64,000 bases of DNA. Origin: Hormiphora californensis (lineage: Eukaryota > Animalia > Ctenophora). The stretch is from NCBI GenBank assembly GCA_020137815.1, contig CM035351.1:7936001-8000000 (forward strand), in the 5' to 3' direction. Every line of letters starts with the position of its first letter. Position 1 is the first letter of the stretch. The notes beneath the pieces were generated by a model that was not told where the DNA came from, ran no database searches, and saw nothing but the letters and a program-made list of their open reading frames with translations. Below are positions 12,492 to 25,700 of the stretch, piece by piece. Position numbers and translations under genes: made by a program.

Positions 12492-14578
12492 GTTCTCTGC
12501 CGGAGATACAGCGGTCGTACCATGTGAAGCGGCCCATGAATGCCTTTATGGTATGGAGCCAGATTGAGCGGAAAAAGCTGGCCGACCAACACCCCGACCT
12601 ACATAACAGGTGCTTTTTTTAATCAGCTGAATTACTGAATGGACCATTACAATTCGTTATCTTTCAACCAATCAACAAGTCCCATCCACCTACCACACAC
12701 AAGATCCTAACCCAACGCTTATCCCCTACCAGTGAGTTGAGTAAAATGCTGGGTCACCTATGGAGGATGCTGAGCGAGGACGAGAAGCGGCCATTTGTTG
12801 AGAAGGCTGAAAAGTTGAGGGCACAACACATGGAGGAGCACCCAGGTAATTTAGGCGTCCTTACATTTGAAACCTTGTGATCTATACTATTTCGACACTT
12901 TTGTGAAACTCCAGGAAGATTCTTTTTAACATTCGAATGACATCATTATAACAAATAATTTACCTCTCTTATAGGTTACAAATACAGGCCCCGACGACGC
13001 CAACAAATCAAACATTATGACACCCGTCCCTCCTCCCTGGGACTGTGTCCACCCTCCAGCCTGCTGTCCAGTTTGGGCAGGAAGCAGCACCTCTCCTCAC
13101 CCCTTGATCTCCTGGCCAACTCTTACTCAGTCTACTCAAACGCTCTTTGTCAGGTACTATCATTATACAGTATCTCTCTACAATCTCTCTACAGTCGGTT
13201 GTACCAACGAACCGTACCCACCCTCCCTTTCTCGATATATTTATGTGGTCACCTGGGACTCTATAGTCACCCTAGTCTCTCAATCGTGTGAAGTTTCCGC
13301 CGGATGCGGGTCCAGCAAAGCAATCACACCATTGTGCATTGTAATTTGCTAAGACATACACAATCTATCACGAGATCATGGGTAATTGTTCGTCGCGTGA
13401 TGGGCACAGAATTTATATGTAATTAGGCTTTCTTTTTCGGTAGGACCACCCCGTCCTTTCAGCCTAACATAATTCATAATGATAAAGAAGCTATCACGCT
13501 ATCAGTGGTCTGTCTCTTTCCCCTCACCGGCCTGCCTTGTCGTTCTCTTGTATTATTAGGAAAAGCAGCGTGAGAAAGAGTGAGAGAAAAGTTTGGTTAA
13601 TCTTGCTAGACAGCTAAAGGTTTGAGTGAATTGCACAAATCACGTATAATGGCCGATAGCCTGGGGGCGTGTGTGTTGGTGTGGAGAGAGAGAGCGGATG
13701 TTTCAAAGTAAATAAGTGTTCTGTCCTCACTCACCCACTTGCACCAATTGCCCCCCCCCCCCCTCTCAATTGTTTATATTCTCAGTAACTAACCACTACC
13801 CTCCTCTCTGCAGGGCCTGCAAAAAGCACAGCAACTCAACGCACTCGACATGCTAAAGACCCCCATTGTGATGCCTAAAGCCCTCCGACCCTCCCCTGGT
13901 TCGCCCGTCTCCCCCAGCAGCAGTGGAGGAGGAGGGGTTGTGAAGGTTGAGGTGAGCGAGGCAGCCGGGAGCAGTTCAGCAGGGACACCCATCACTACAT
14001 CCCCAGAAAGGCCGGACAGTCTGGCAGCGGCATTCCAACTAAAGTACCAGCAGAACCTGGGTGGAGGAGGAGCACTGGGTAGTGGTGGATTCCAACAGCG
14101 TGGACCACCTAGTCCAGTTCGAGCAGCCGGGGCATGCCGGTGTCCGGCAGGTTCAGTATCCTGCACGTGCAACATCAACAACTTGAACCTCGAGGCCCAG
14201 AAATCCCTAGCATCCCAGATAGAACTACAGAAAGCCCTGGCATCTCAACTGGAACTTCACAAGCAGCTAGCCAGCCAGATCGAGGAACAACAGAAGACCC
14301 TGGCATCCACAACAGCTGCAGTATCATCAGCCTCAACAACCGGAGAATCAGGTCCAGAGCAGCCTTTCTCAACAAATCTACAGGGACAACTAGACCTCAC
14401 AGCGACACTCAACAACGCCATTGAGATGCAGAAGGCTCTCAGGGCTCACATAGACGTGCAAAAGACACTTGCGAGCCACTTGGAAGCCCAGAAGACACTA
14501 GCATACCAGTTGGAAGCACAAAAACTATTAGCGTCCCATTTAGAAGCGTCCAAGAGTTCGTTGTTTAAATGGCGATAG
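12492..14578 (+). CDS. Sox-family HMG-box transcription factor (5' exon unresolved)
   Basis: Exons 12492-12609, 12733-12845, 12975-13153 and 13814-14578 splice in frame (GT-AG) to [76 protein letters not shown]; RPMNAFMVW is the Sox signature. The HMG box mixes SoxC-like and SoxE/F-like residues, so no group is assigned. Confidence 0.93.
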
Positions 14579-16407
14579 ACGGTAATTACACGTGATTGGG
14601 TAAACACGTGGTAAACTGTATAGCTGGAGAGAGATGATAGTATTTATTGGTTGAGAGGTGTAAGATATGTGGTGAATGATGGAACATGATAACTGGCTAC
14701 ACGGTCGGTTGCTGAAGAGTTCAGCAGTCAAGTGTGTATTATAGCCTCCCTTTAATAAGAAATCTCTATTATACTGTGTATAAGAGCTCCTAACAATCGT
14801 GCGTATATATAATGCTTTTGTGACTTGTGTGTGAGTGTGTGTGTGAATGTGTGTGAACGTGTGTGTGTGTAATGTGTGATAGAAGGCGAGAAAGAGTGAA
14901 TCTCGCTATAGGAACGGTGTATTACGAGGTGGTGGTGGATCGTGTTGAAGAAGGAGAAATATATGTTTTCAGTTCAAGAGACGCTATTTTGTTGTTGTTG
15001 ACATGTGTACCGGCAATTCCATTTTATTTGTTATGTGTAAGAAACCAAACTTGTTTTACTTCCAATACACAAAGGAAAAGGAACCGGATAATATCTACTC
15101 AATATTGGAATCATCTGATTTTCCAGACAGTTTCGTTTCCCTTTGTCTATTTGCTCTGGTAAAGGATGTTCTGTAAAGGGCGATGGAACTTTCAACTAAC
15201 TAAAAACTAGACATTTGAAAATAACAAAGATCAAGCCAATAAATTGGTTATCTACAAAATTTGCACTGAACTTATCCAGAAATTGCGCAATTGCTCTGAA
15301 GATGGCAGGCCAATGCTCTGACAGGGTCCTGAAGTAGAAGTCGAAACCATAACAACAATTGGACACCTTTTTTACCATCAGTTGCATTTTGCAATACATA
15401 TCGAAACCAAGTAAGTTTTAATAGAATGGTGACGGGAATAAAGCCGCGCCCCGTTTGGGCGGGCCCTTAGGGAACGTAGCTTTTCTGAAAGTATTTTTTA
15501 ACACCCAATCCAACGCCCAACGGGAATGGGTTTGTACCCTGTCTATGACTCCACGAGCCAATCAGACGCCAGGAGATCAAAATCCTTGCCTCTAATTGGG
15601 TCACACAATCCCAAAAAGGCCAAAAATTAGGGTTTCAAGCCCACTTACTTCCCGACAAGATAGAAGACAAACTCTGGTCGCGTTGGAACCCGAATTAAAA
15701 ACCTTTTCTAATTCAGGAAGTGGTTCTTCTTCTGCCGATGATTGTCACGTCATGAATATTTAGCCCTGTTAAATTGACAATCACCTTGCATCTGTGCACC
15801 GTTGTTTATTTTCGAACTACCACCTACGCAAAAACTATTCCAAATCCATGGGAAATATTATGTCACACCATTGAACCTGTCCCTATCAAGCATAATCACT
15901 CTGTACCCTTGTTTCAGGAGGGTGGTACCGGCCTTTTAGCATCTTTCAGCTGTTTTAGCAGTTGGTACTGGGGCAATGATCGTTAGGTAAACATGTTTAC
16001 GTAGTCGGATATAAATAGTCCGCCCTGGCCGTCGCCAACAGCTGCAGACCAGTGTTAAATATACACGAGCAGGAGTAATTGCTCGAACGTATAACTCTAC
16101 CTCTCTCTCTCTTGATCGGTGTGCCCTCTTAACGCTAACAAGTCTACAGTCAGATCTAGAGATGTAACAAGTGCTCTCTAACTTGTGCCTTCTATTTTAG
16201 TTTGTTTCTACCTCGCTAGACGCTCTGATCCGTTCAAGACTTATGAAAAATGAACCATTAGTTCTACGAACTGTGGTGAACACTATGACCAGGAAGACTC
16301 CTCTCATTTGAAAACGCTTTCCACCCTCCTATGTCCCTATTGGCTCGTTATCTCCAATTATTACACTTCTACACTTCCCTCGAAACTTCCCACTCTCTAG
16401 CTCATTA

Positions 16408-16548
16408 CCCTACTAAAATATAGTTCGACGCGTCGCGACGCGCGATCGATGAACGATCGATGAACGATCGATATCGATCGTTTATCGATCGTTTATCGAT
16501 CGTTCATCGATCGCGCGTCGCGACACGTCGAACTATATTTTAGTAGGG
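16408..16548. mobile_element. Fully palindromic MITE with TA target duplication
   Basis: TA-CCCTACTAAAATATAGTTCGACG ... CGTCGAACTATATTTTAGTAGGG-TA; CpG-rich core of GATCGATGAAC-type subrepeats. Confidence 0.8.
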
Positions 16549-16779
16549 TAGCTCCTTTCCAGTAGTCAGCCTCTCTCTATTCGCATTAAATTTAACGAAG
16601 TAGGAGTGTCACAGCAATTTATATACAATTCTCAAGCCTAGAGATGTTTCAAGCTTATTGAATTGCTTAATGAGATTCTATAGTCCTCTCTCTCTCATAT
16701 TGTTGTAGCATCTTTTGTTTTGCTAAATCTCTGACATAGTTTCAATTAAGTAGTTTTCACTGGTTCTACAACAGGCAAG

Positions 16780-19700
16780 ATGATCCTTCGAAACACTATG
16801 TTGGCAGTGTAAGTTTTAAACTCCTAAATATACAAACGACACGAAACATATTCCTATGTCTGAGTTGCACCGTGAAAGTCTAGTTCAATAAAATCCCAAG
16901 TTGGAGAGCTTAAAAGATATCTATATTTCAGGGTGTTGTTGGTGCTGTGCACACTGCAGGGATACCGGGCCCAGGATGAGACTGAGAGCCCAGAGACAGA
17001 TACCAGCAAGGTGTTTGGCATCAGCCCTTCGGAAATCAGGAAACTTGTTACTCGACAAAACTTTGTCTCATGTAAATCCCACGAAGCTATAATCAATGAT
17101 AATAGTTCTCATGGTCCTCTATTTCTATCACTATCTTCTAGCTACCTGATAGTCTTTCATAAACAGCTACTTCCTAAACTGCTACCATTTTGGCACTCAA
17201 TCTCAAACCAAGACTCAATACCTTATTCCAGTCTATTACCGTCACAGATACGAGTAGAATTGGAAATATAATAGTATAATACCCATAATTCCACTGCATA
17301 TTAATGATCAGCCAGCTTGCCTGGATGGTAATAAAATCATGATCAACACCATCCCTCTCTCCACAGCTTGTCAATACGGAATCATGAAGACCATGAAGAT
17401 GTATGAGGATGCCCGAAACCAGTGTGTAGGGAGAATTAAGTGGGAGAATAGCTGTCATCCGAAACGAGCAAGAGAATGCCATTGTCAAGGAGCTATTTGT
17501 TGCTACATACGGCCATGGAATCGATGTGAGTGTTAGCGCTCTTGACCCCTTCCATTAACTTTCTCCGAATTTCACAGAGCTAGTATTATCAAGAAAGGGG
17601 GCAGCTTTGCGGTCCATTATAACGATACGAGAATAGTCTGTTGACCCCTTGAATAGCAAGAGAGAGAGAGCCAATGAAGACTAACTCGTCTCAATTGTTT
17701 GAGTCCGCTATAAAGAATGAATTATTGAAACAACAACGTGCATTACGATTTTTATTTATATATACGGCTCATACGGAGGCTGAAATATATATTCTGCACT
17801 ATATATTCTGCACAATGGTATATCAATCATATACATCGTACCCCTACAACTATATATTCTCGGTATTTTTGCAATATTATATTAACTGTATATCATTATG
17901 TCCCACAGAATCTCTTCCTGAAGAGCAACCCCGCTAACTTCCTCTGGATCGGTCTGACCCGAGATAACGAGGATGGAGAGTGGATGTGGGAGGATGAAGG
18001 GACGCCTGTTAACTATACCAACTGGAAATCCGGTCACCCCAAGAGTAAGTTAAGCCTGCATTATAGAGAGGAGAATGTTCCCGTTAAAGTGTGATCAAGG
18101 GGAAGAGTGATTTTATTAAAAGTGCGAATTTAGTGTACTTCTTTGCTGGCCTTGGTTGTATGAACTCTATATATGCAGTATGAACGTTTGTAGACTGGCG
18201 CGTTATGAAGTTGGCTGTTCCCAGCGCGAGCTGGGGACAGCCAACTGGAGTTTAATCGCCCGGCAGGGCGATTAAACTGGTTTAAATCCCGACGCCGATC
18301 CCGAGGCGCCAGCCGAGGGTGAGGGGGAGGTGATTTAAACCTATAACGCGATAGGCTAACAAACGTTCATATTTTATGAAACCCGATAGTAATTACACAC
18401 AAATAAGAGACACAACACAAGGTGAAACACACTAGAACTGCTGGTAAATAGTCAACAGATACCCTGAAAATGTGTGTAGACTTAGTGTCTACTGTTCCTA
18501 ACATGTTTGAGAAAGAGAGAGAAAGATTAGGGGCAATACACACTGTCAGAGGTAGTGAACAGTAAAAGAGACAATGAGAGAGAGAAATGAATGGAATGTG
18601 ATTCTTTTCACTCCTTATGAGAGAGATAACATTGAAACGTGTTGCAGACATGTTTCCCCTTTCTTTTGTTGACAGAACTGTGTGTTTACACACATTTTCA
18701 ATACTTAGAATTTTACACGCATGTTATTCAAATGAAGAGAAACGCGTGAAAAAGGACACTGGCCTGATAAATCGCGAGCAGGGTGTTAAATCCCCCAGCT
18801 AGCAGTTATCATGAGCGCGCAAAATCTTCAAACGACTGATAAATCAACTATCGGGTTTCATAACTGAATAACCAAGCTTATACTAAGAAAGTTGAAAACT
18901 TCCTGTCAGAGGATTGGCCTGACCCTGCGGTCGGAGCATTTGCCTAACAGAACACTTCACTACCCCTTCACTATCCGTTTATCCCCATGCAATTTATTTT
19001 GTTGAGTAACAAAATTTATATTCATCTCCATTGACTTCATAACCACTAATATATAGAATAATATATATACCGCTCTACCCTCTCTCTATCCCTCTTTCAA
19101 GAGATGAAGAGATAGCTTTGATTTCTTTACCCATCGTCTTTTATTTCCTAACTATTATACCCCCATGACAAACTTTATCATTCTCTCGAGCTATGCAGCT
19201 CTCTCTTTAATCCCAACCATTGATATCTCCCTTTCGATCTCCCTTATGACCGGCTAACCACTAAATCTCCCTCTCTCTCTCCCTGGTTAGGTGGTAACTA
19301 CGTTAAGATGAACCGACAGGGGTTCTGGGAAACGACAACTAACTTAATGCATCATCCTTCCGCCTGTGAGAGATCAAGTAAGTAATTTTAGAACTATAAG
19401 GACCTAACCTAGGGGGCTATATAGGACTAAAATTTCCGTATATCAAGGATTAAATAGTTAAGTTTTGGTTAAATGATTTCGTCGAAAACAGTTAGCATGG
19501 CTCGGGAGATGCCTAAATATCCCAACTAAAAACTCGTCCCCAGCTTTTATCACATAACTATGACATCTTAATTAAAATCACCACCATACGAACTCAAGAG
19601 ATATCTCCGACAGAATTTAGCACCGTACGTAGCTACCTAACACAAAATATTATAGAGAAAAGGGCAAATAAATTCAATCTTATTATCATTACTTTTCTAA

Positions 19701-22700
19701 ATAGCTGTGAGCTTCATCGTCTTAGTGAACAACAAATCTCCCCACTCTTCATTTAACACCCATTCACCCTACACAGCCAAGTATGTGGTCTTCAAGAAGC
19801 GACTTGATTACGATGCTGCTAATGAGGTCTGTACCAGCATGAACATGGACATAGCTACTATCAAGACGGAACAAGAGAATGAGGACCTTGTGGCTGAAGC
19901 CAAGATGAGTCTTGGATCTCCCTATCTGGACAAGAACTTTGAGCATGTCAACCAGGTAAAATATACTCCTTGCTTTAGCTTCCTAACTTGCCTTGCTTTA
20001 GGTGTGGGTAGGTGGTTATGCTAAACCCATGTTATTTAGGTGTGGGTAGGTGGTTATGCTAAACATATGTTATTTAGGTGTGGGTAGGTGGTTATGCTAA
20101 TCACATGTTATTTAGGTGTGGGTAGGTGGTTATGCTAAACGCATGTTATTTAGGTGTGGGTAGGTGGTTATGCTAATCCCATGTTATTTAGGTGTGGGAA
20201 TGTGGTTATGAGCTAAACCCATGTTATTTAGATGTGGGTAGGTGGTTATACTAATCCCATGTTATTTAGGTGTGGGTAGGTGGTTACTGAGGACGAGGAT
20301 GGCTCCATCATGTGGGAAGGACGGCACATCAGCCGAGGATTACGTTAACTTTGAACCCAACTACGGTAAAGCCTTCTCTGGTGCTGGTGACGCCAAGGTG
20401 AGCGTGAACAAGATGCAGCAGTACTGGAAGTTGGAGAAGGGTAGCGAGGAGAGGAGTTTTGCTTGCCAGTGCCCCAGCCCCGGTCAGGATAGATTCACTG
20501 ATAGCACTGAGGATGAGTATGACTACTATAACCCAGAGGAAATGGAACCCGTCTACCAGGTACTTTGACCACTTGTGCATGGCTCATACCGCGCCATGTG
20601 CTGTCTGGCGCCACGACCCCATCTGAGCGCTACTGAGAATCAAATTGGGGTCTGGCCAGACAGGTATTTAAACACTTCTGTGGTCCCACACTGTGCTATG
20701 TACTGAGAGTTCGGTAGATCAATTAACCACTACTCCACTACAAGGTGCAGCCATTATTTTTCTGTCAAATGACAAGTATGTCCCTCCTACTATAGCGTAT
20801 TACCACTTAACTGCGAGAACTGCAGCAGGGGTCGTATTTATTGAATTTCTAAATGTTCGATTAAGACTTCTTAAACCACTTTACTGCGGCAACTCTCTGC
20901 CCAATATAATGTTCTACAAAGACCTTTCTTTCAGGATAAGAGCTGCAAAAGGAGGTTCTTCCCAGATACCCGGCCCATGCGCTATGAGATGGCTCGACAA
21001 GAGTGCAGGAGGCAGGGCCTGGCTCTGGCCAAGATTGAGAGTGAAGAGGAGAACAACCATGTTGTACGACTGATGAACAGATTGAACAGGGGCAGGTTTG
21101 GATTGCGGTTGTTTGATCCTTCCAACTGGTTCTGGATCGGGGGTAGTGATGTGATGCTAGAGGGCACCTTTGTGTGGGATGATGGGACCATGGTGAACTA
21201 CACTAACTGGGGCAAGAACCAACCTGATAACGCTCACCCCTTCCGAGGAGGTAACTCATAGAGCGGGGGTGTGTTTTACATGATTATTGTAGATTGGAGC
21301 CCAGGATCTTCACCTCAATCATACCAGAAACATGTTAAATTGATCTACACCACCCCTACCAGAAACTAAGTTCCAATATCCCAATATCCCAGGACAGAAC
21401 CATATTTCCGTGTACCGAGGAACTAAAATGTGGGACGATGCTCACTCCATGAAGGTGCGACCCTTTGTGTGCTACACAGAGGATGTGACATTCCAGGAGG
21501 AGCTTGATAATGGTTGCGATGGCAACTCAATGGGTGAGTTAATAACTTGATAACAGTTGCGATGGCAACTCAATGGGTGAGTTAATGACAACGGTTGCGA
21601 TGGCAACTCAATGGGTGAGTTAATGACTTGATAATGGTTGCGATGGCAACTCAATGGGTGAGTTAATGACAACGGTTGCGATGGCAACTCAATGGGTGAG
21701 TTAATAACAACGGTTGCGATGGCAACTCAATGGGTGAGTTAATGACAACGGTTGCGATGGCAACTCAATGGGTGAGTTAATGACAACGGTTGCGATGGCA
21801 ACTCAATGGGTGCAAGTTTTAACATTTTAGAGGGTAAGAATAAAGGGTAAGAAAAGGCAACATTAGGGGAATATGATATATCTCTAAGTATACATCTTCA
21901 TTGCAGTATTGTCCACTGACTCGCCTAAAGTTTTATTTGGCATAGGTATGTCTGCTATTGGATCGTTTGAAAGCTCAGAGATAGTCAATCCTAAACTATA
22001 ATACTATCAAACTAAGCTAGTTCTCAAGGCCCCGTGTTGTATATCATAGAACCGGCGGCGTCGCTGACTGTCATATATGATCATATTCGCTAGACGCTAG
22101 CTAAAACATATATAAGAGCGGTATGTATGATTTGACATATATCGGGTAACCGCTCTCCCAAGCTTGTATATTATATCTCCCCGCTAAAATGAGCTGTCCT
22201 TTGCAGAAGACTATGAGAGTGGAACAGAAATTCTTGACGAGACTGACGATTCTGGTACGAGCTGACATACTACACACACACGTACCGACATACAAACTGA
22301 CACACAGACGACCACACACGCCAATATATTTCCACTTACTTACTACCAAACACGTTTCATGCGACTAACAAACTCACCAGCATTATTATACTATCCGCTA
22401 TATATCGTCTATGGTTTACATGCAGTATACTACCACCGCTATATATATACACAGCCATAACCACATATCATTTGGACCCTTCATAAATTCCCATTCAACA
22501 CTTCCCCAGATCTCCTTTACAATGCACTAAGTGTTAAAATTGATTTACGCAAATTCCGTCTCGCCATCTCTCTTTAACCACTGCAGCAATGATAATATTC
22601 TAGTATCTTCTATCTTTCTGCAAATCATATCAACTGCAACCGGGCTGCAACCACACCCCATCAACTACCATCATGCACCCATGGCTTCATCTCTAACATG

Positions 22701-25700
22701 TCTCCCTCCTTCTCTGCAGAAGATACAACGAACAGTGCCAATGACAGACCCTCCAAGATCGCAGCCTCTTCATTGATCACATCTACAACTGACTGCATCA
22801 AACGAGGTAAATAGTCAGCTGATATTGTATCAACACTGAACAGTATTCAGTGAACACATTGGTTACCATGGTGACCCCCCCCCCCCTTTGGGTTGCCATG
22901 GTGCCCCCCCCCCCATTGAAGATCACAATCCTATCTAACTACAGCTCCAACCCCCCTCCTCTTTACAGAATACAACGGTATGTACTACATCTCCAGTCAG
23001 ACTCTGAGCTATGCTGATGCAGCCATGGACTGCCAGGAGAGGGGAATGCAGCTGGTTACCATTCATGATGATGCTGGTAACTCTCGAATCAGGAGTCTTG
23101 TCATGAACCGAGTACCAGTTTCAGGTAATTATAGTAACTAATTAGTTACCAGGGAATTAGTAACTAATTAATTACCAGGGAATTAGTAACTAGGAAATCA
23201 GTATATAATATGTAGGTTGAATTCCTGTCTTTCTCCTGTTTTCGATATGAAGATAATGGATACACAGGAATATAGGAGGACGGGAAACAAAATGAACATA
23301 TATTTCCCCCAGGCTATGTGTTGGCTACCCTCGGAGAGCTCACCTATTACTGGGTCGGATTGGAGGTCAATAGCAGAGAGGAGATTGCCTGGGTAAATGG
23401 AAATCACACTACCTATGAGAACTTTGCCAGCTTCTACAAGAGATCTGGATACTCTGATTCTAAGAGTAAGTAGTGAATAGTGATGCACAATTAACCTTGA
23501 TTGGGAGCTGGTTGCTCCATCATAATGACAGGCTACCCTGGGGATGGATATGGAGAGTTGGAACTTAGGAGTATTCTAGGAGTAAGAGGGAACTGAGATA
23601 TATTGTACATAGTACTAGGGGATAATATTTTGTTACAGTATGCTGCTTCGCATATTTAACTGCAATAGTCAGTAAAAAATATCGTATCCGCTATATAATG
23701 GGGGGGGGGGGGGGGGCAACGCTCATTTTTTATATATTTTTATATATTTTATATACCTTTTTTTTGGAAAAAAAAAAACATAATTTTTTATATATATATA
23801 AAATATATAAAAATATATAAAAATACATGTGAATATATAAAAATATATAAAAATATATAAAAAATATATAAAAATATATATAAAAAATTGTGCCGAAAGT
23901 GTGAAAACAGAAAGCTGTTTTTCGCCATAGCGGGATCAAATATCATTCAATTGATCTCAAACTTGGTCAGCATCTTCATCTAGATAATCCTGATGATTTT
24001 CCGTCATCAATGTGACGTTTGTAACATCGTGACGTCGCGTCAAAATGACGTCAAAAATGATTTGTTTTTTTAGTTTCGCGATCCCAACCTCTCTTCACCA
24101 GTTCTAGTACATCTGCACTATGTGGTCATGTCCGATAGGCTTGCGAGATCCAGTGATTTTGATAGAAAACGCGCAGTAGACGCTCAATTTTGACCAAGAT
24201 CCAACCTCGTTGCGCGTTTTTACGTGTAAAACCAGCGCTGACAAGTGCTTTTTTAGCATAAATGTCGCATTTAATACATGACCGCATCGGACCGGTTGCG
24301 AGGGAAAGGTTGCATAGTAATCTCTAGCCCCCTAACTTTCTTTTGATACCAAAATTTAGGTTGCGCTTTGAACAGAAGTCAGTTTTTGGGCTATAGGACG
24401 AACTTTGATGCCGTGCTGTCCAAAACCTGCCGCACTTTCAGCAAAGTTATGGGTAGCAAAATGATCTTTAGACGATTACCTACAACTGCTACACAATTTC
24501 CAGGGTGTTTGACAGCACACGCAAGCGTGCATGCTCCCTGAAAGCGCCTAACAAAATCGCGCAAAACCCCTCAAAACGGAGGATTCCTATCGGACAAATG
24601 CGCGTTTTGACCACATAGTGATCTGCACGGATCAACATACAAAAAATGATTGAAATCACACCAAAACTGGTAGATATTATTAGGCCGGAACCTCTCTTCA
24701 CTGCAGTTCTACTTTTGACAGTGCATAATTCACTTTTGAACACATTCTCAATTATGTAAAACAGCTATCACCCTCTCAAACACTTAAATTAACTCTATGA
24801 AACATATTCAAGTGAACAATAGATGGAAATAATCCCCTTTTTTGAAAGTAAAAGGGGTGAAAAAAGGGTTTATTTTATATATTTTTATATATTTTTATAT
24901 ATTTTTATATATTATTTATATAACTTTATATATTTTTATATATTTTTATATATTTTTATATATATATAAAAAATTCCAAAATTAAGGAAATATATAAAAA
25001 ATTCGTTGGCCCCCCCCCCCCTATATAATAAATGTCATATCCCAGCGGCAAGTTAAATCATAACATTTTTCTCACTCAAAGTTAACGAATATCCTAGAAC
25101 ATTTTATAACGCGTAACGAGGAGATACTAAATGATAGATATGACGTTGTTCACTAAAAATAGGCGCCAGAAATTCAACAATTAATTAAAATACGATCCTA
25201 CATGACGATATATCGTCAATAAAACTGAGGAACTTGTCGCGACTTGCGTCATGTCATTCCTCCACGTTAACCAAATCCCCGAAATGAGCCCCCGTGATTT
25301 CCTTGTTCCCAGCGACACTAACCATGTCCCCATGACAGATAAGCTAGCGATCAGTAAGATAGATGGAACCTGGGAATGGAGGGAAACAGAGGAGAGACAC
25401 ATGTATGTGTGCGAGGAGCCCGACAAGTGGACCTGTATTGAACAGAGAAGTAAGAGATCATCAGGTTGTAGTGAGATAGTGGAGCAGCAGACCAGGAGTC
25501 GTGATAGTGATGGTGATGGTGGTGTACTTGTGCAGCCCATTTGAAATAAAACAATTGTATTTCCCGTTTGAAATGACACGTTAGAGAACTTTTTGTTGTG
25601 ACAAAAGACTATGTGAAGCATTATAATAAAAGGTGACTACCAGAACACTAAAGCATGTGACAGGTTTCAGGAACCGTCGCCAACATATATTTGTCTTGTT

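Noticed and set aside
19997-21812. CRISPR-like look of the 38-bp arrays (also 35592-35722)
   Set aside because: Units are contiguous tandem repeats without unique spacers, there are no cas genes, and the context is spliced eukaryotic DNA.
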